Shown: positions 36,311 through 37,902 of the stretch, in pieces
Position numbering within the stretch: the stretch's first letter is position 1
Layout: the number at the start of each line of letters is the position of its first letter
IMG/VR virus record: IMGVR_UViG_3300031613_000001
Direction: 5' to 3' (one strand)
DNA from: an uncultured virus (IMG/VR IMGVR_UViG_3300031613_000001)
Taxonomy: Duplodnaviria; Heunggongvirae; Uroviricota; Caudoviricetes; Crassvirales
Length of the DNA: 37,902 bases
The notes under the pieces: generated by a model
What the model was told of the DNA's origin: nothing
The model's input: only the letters and a program-made list of their open reading frames with translations
The model's database searches: none
Position numbers and translations under genes: made by a program

Positions 36311-37264
36311 TTATTCTACCCAGATTAAACTACCACTATCTCTAACTGAAAAATTAAATACATCTGAAGATATAGCATCTTGATCAGCAGCTCGGTGTTC
36401 TAATAAATCAGCTAAAATATCAGCAGATGGAATTATTAAACCTTCAAATATAAGTGATCCATTATAAAAATAAGAACCTAAATTAGCTGTAGATATTTCA
36501 TCTATTCTAATTGCATCTAAAGCATCACCTTCTGGGTCATTATATGGTGGTGCTAATTGAGATGTTAACATTGTTAATGTAATAACTGTATCTACTCTGT
36601 TATCAGGATATAAACTTATATCTCCTACACTTGCTGGTTGATTACCTATTACTAATGAATCAATAACGTTTATTTCAATAATATTTAATATACTGTATAA
36701 TGGGTTTATATTATCATCTTTAAATCTATATTTTAATTCTATAAAATAATTAGATAATGTGTCAGAAGGTTCATACTGTAAATTTAATAACTGATTTGGT
36801 TCTAATTCTATATCACTTGTAATTAATACATTATTATAGTAAAATACACCATTATTTATATCTGAAATATATAATTTTATCATACTTAAACTATCACTAT
36901 TTTGGTCAAAATACACATTATTAAAATCTACAATATCAAATTGATATAGTTGATTATCAGGAATTGTTACTACTATAAGTGAAGTAGCTTCTGGTTTAAT
37001 ATTATTTGTAATTATATTAGATGTTGTAGTTAATAATGGTTTATATACACAAAGTTCTTTATTTCTATTTTTAAAAGAATATATAAAGTCTCTAATTAAA
37101 ATATGATAATTATTATATTTAGAATATAATTTACTAAAATCTAAATAATAATCTAAAGTATATAAAAGTTTTACATTATCTAAATTTAAATATCCTTTTA
37201 TTTTACTTTCGTTAATTAACTTATTAGAAGTTGTAATTATTATTTGTTTATTTAATTTTGACAT
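36311..37264 (-). CDS. Structural protein with two tandem cadherin/Ig-like domains
   Basis: 317 aa. Two similar units, YFDQNSDSLSMIKL...GVFYYNNVLI and YNDPEGDALDAIRI...GSYFYNGSLI...FNFSVRD. Confidence 0.6.
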   Translation of the reverse strand: MSKLNKQIIITTSNKLINESKIKGYLNLDNVKLLYTLDYYLDFSKLYSKYNNYHILIRDFIYSFKNRNKELCVYKPLLTTTSNIITNNIKPEATSLIVVTIPDNQLYQFDIVDFNNVYFDQNSDSLSMIKLYISDINNGVFYYNNVLITSDIELEPNQLLNLQYEPSDTLSNYFIELKYRFKDDNINPLYSILNIIEINVIDSLVIGNQPASVGDISLYPDNRVDTVITLTMLTSQLAPPYNDPEGDALDAIRIDEISTANLGSYFYNGSLIFEGLIIPSADILADLLEHRAADQDAISSDVFNFSVRDSGSLIWVE

Positions 37265-37329
37265 TTTATTTTTTTAATTTGAATACGTCTGTATTATATA
37301 ATTCACTAAATTTGGTATTACTAAAATTA

Positions 37330-37902
37330 TTAATATGCAAAAGTCCAACCTGATGTTTTATAGACATATACACCATCAGTTGCATCTGTACAATATACGT
37401 GTAATCCTATTGCTGGAGATGTTATTGCTGTCCGTTGTGCATTTGTCATTCTAGGAAAAACAAGTGATCCCCTTGTAGTGCTATCTACTTGTAATTGTGC
37501 TGATGCTTGTGAGGTAATAACGTTGCTCTCTATTTTATTAGTAGCTATAAAAGAAGTTGCTTTTACATTACCAGTGACGTCTAATGTTTCTGTCGGGTTT
37601 GTATTTTTTATTCCTACGTTTGCACCAGAAGACCCTAAAACTATTTTGCTATTATCATTCCAAACATCTATGGCTCTATTTACTGTTGAACCACCTTTAG
37701 AAAACCAAGAACTAACCTCAATGCTTAGTCCAAATGCAAATCCATTTATACCACTTTCTGCATAGATTGAATTATTTTGTAAAAATGAAGTACTCCAAGA
37801 AGACTTTAATCTTAAAGCTCCAGTTAAAGTGCCACCTGTTAATGGTAATTTACTAGGGTCTATTCTAATATCAGATAGTCTTGAGTCACTATCTAATACT
37901 GC
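37330..37902 (-). CDS. Tail fibre protein, C-terminal part (5' end outside the window)
   Basis: Not in the ORF track. Open for 190 codons to TAA at 37332-37330: LPLTGGTLTGAL...NVGIKNTNPTETLDVTGNVK...LQVDSTTRGSLVFPRMTNAQRTAITSPAIGLHVYCTD...GWTFAY*. These are typical Bacteroidota phage fibre motifs. Confidence 0.85.
   Translation of the reverse strand, partial: AVLDSDSRLSDIRIDPSKLPLTGGTLTGALRLKSSWSTSFLQNNSIYAESGINGFAFGLSIEVSSWFSKGGSTVNRAIDVWNDNSKIVLGSSGANVGIKNTNPTETLDVTGNVKATSFIATNKIESNVITSQASAQLQVDSTTRGSLVFPRMTNAQRTAITSPAIGLHVYCTDATDGVYVYKTSGWTFAY

Noticed and set aside
37265..37329. Intergenic gap with a tiny AATAC-AGAC-GTATT hairpin as a terminator or ncRNA
   Set aside because: The stem is too short and AT-rich and there is no proper U-tract. 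No tRNA or structured RNA was recognised anywhere in the window.
2116..37765. All plus-strand ORFs in the track (e.g. 2116-2454, 3345-3581, 15180-15503, 32201-32524, 35806-36042, 37478-37765)
   Set aside because: They are antisense shadows of long minus-strand genes, with Phe/Leu/Ser/Ile-rich composition and no recognisable motifs.
1..37902. Stop-codon reassignment as seen in some gut crAss-like phages
   Set aside because: The giant ORFs are fully open in the standard code. The genes checked end in TAA, with one TGA and no TAG, so no recoding is needed here. TAG reassignment elsewhere in the genome cannot be excluded.

Overview
This very AT-rich window comes from a crAss-like (Crassvirales-related, Cellulophaga phi14:2-type) phage genome. 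The host is probably a Bacteroidota/Flavobacteriaceae member, inferred from TAnnTTTG promoters, A-rich start contexts and tail-fibre motifs. All real genes are on the minus strand. Read right to left they are: tail fibre and adhesin genes, a lysis block (cupin, holin-like protein, amidase_3 endolysin, spanin-like protein), a DEDD exonuclease with its own promoter and terminator, ring/IHF-like/ring/muzzle tail genes, three mid-size virion cargo proteins, and three giant ejected proteins. The giant proteins are a 2080-aa protein with a repeat-flanked zincin, a 2389-aa virion RNA polymerase (DFDID motif), and a >1559-aa polyvalent protein (ART-like, GNAT-like and zincin domains) that runs off the left edge and is absent from the ORF track. 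The most striking observation is that these three proteins (>6000 aa visible) contain only four cysteines. All four lie within three residues of a terminus and face each other across the two gene junctions, which suggests head-to-tail covalent chaining of the ejected cargo. Other notable items are a C-terminal QLDLF clamp-binding-type motif on the RNAP, a 46-nt direct repeat bracketing a swappable protease cassette, and a missed 47-aa gene. Family assignments rest on manual motif recognition, not database searches.
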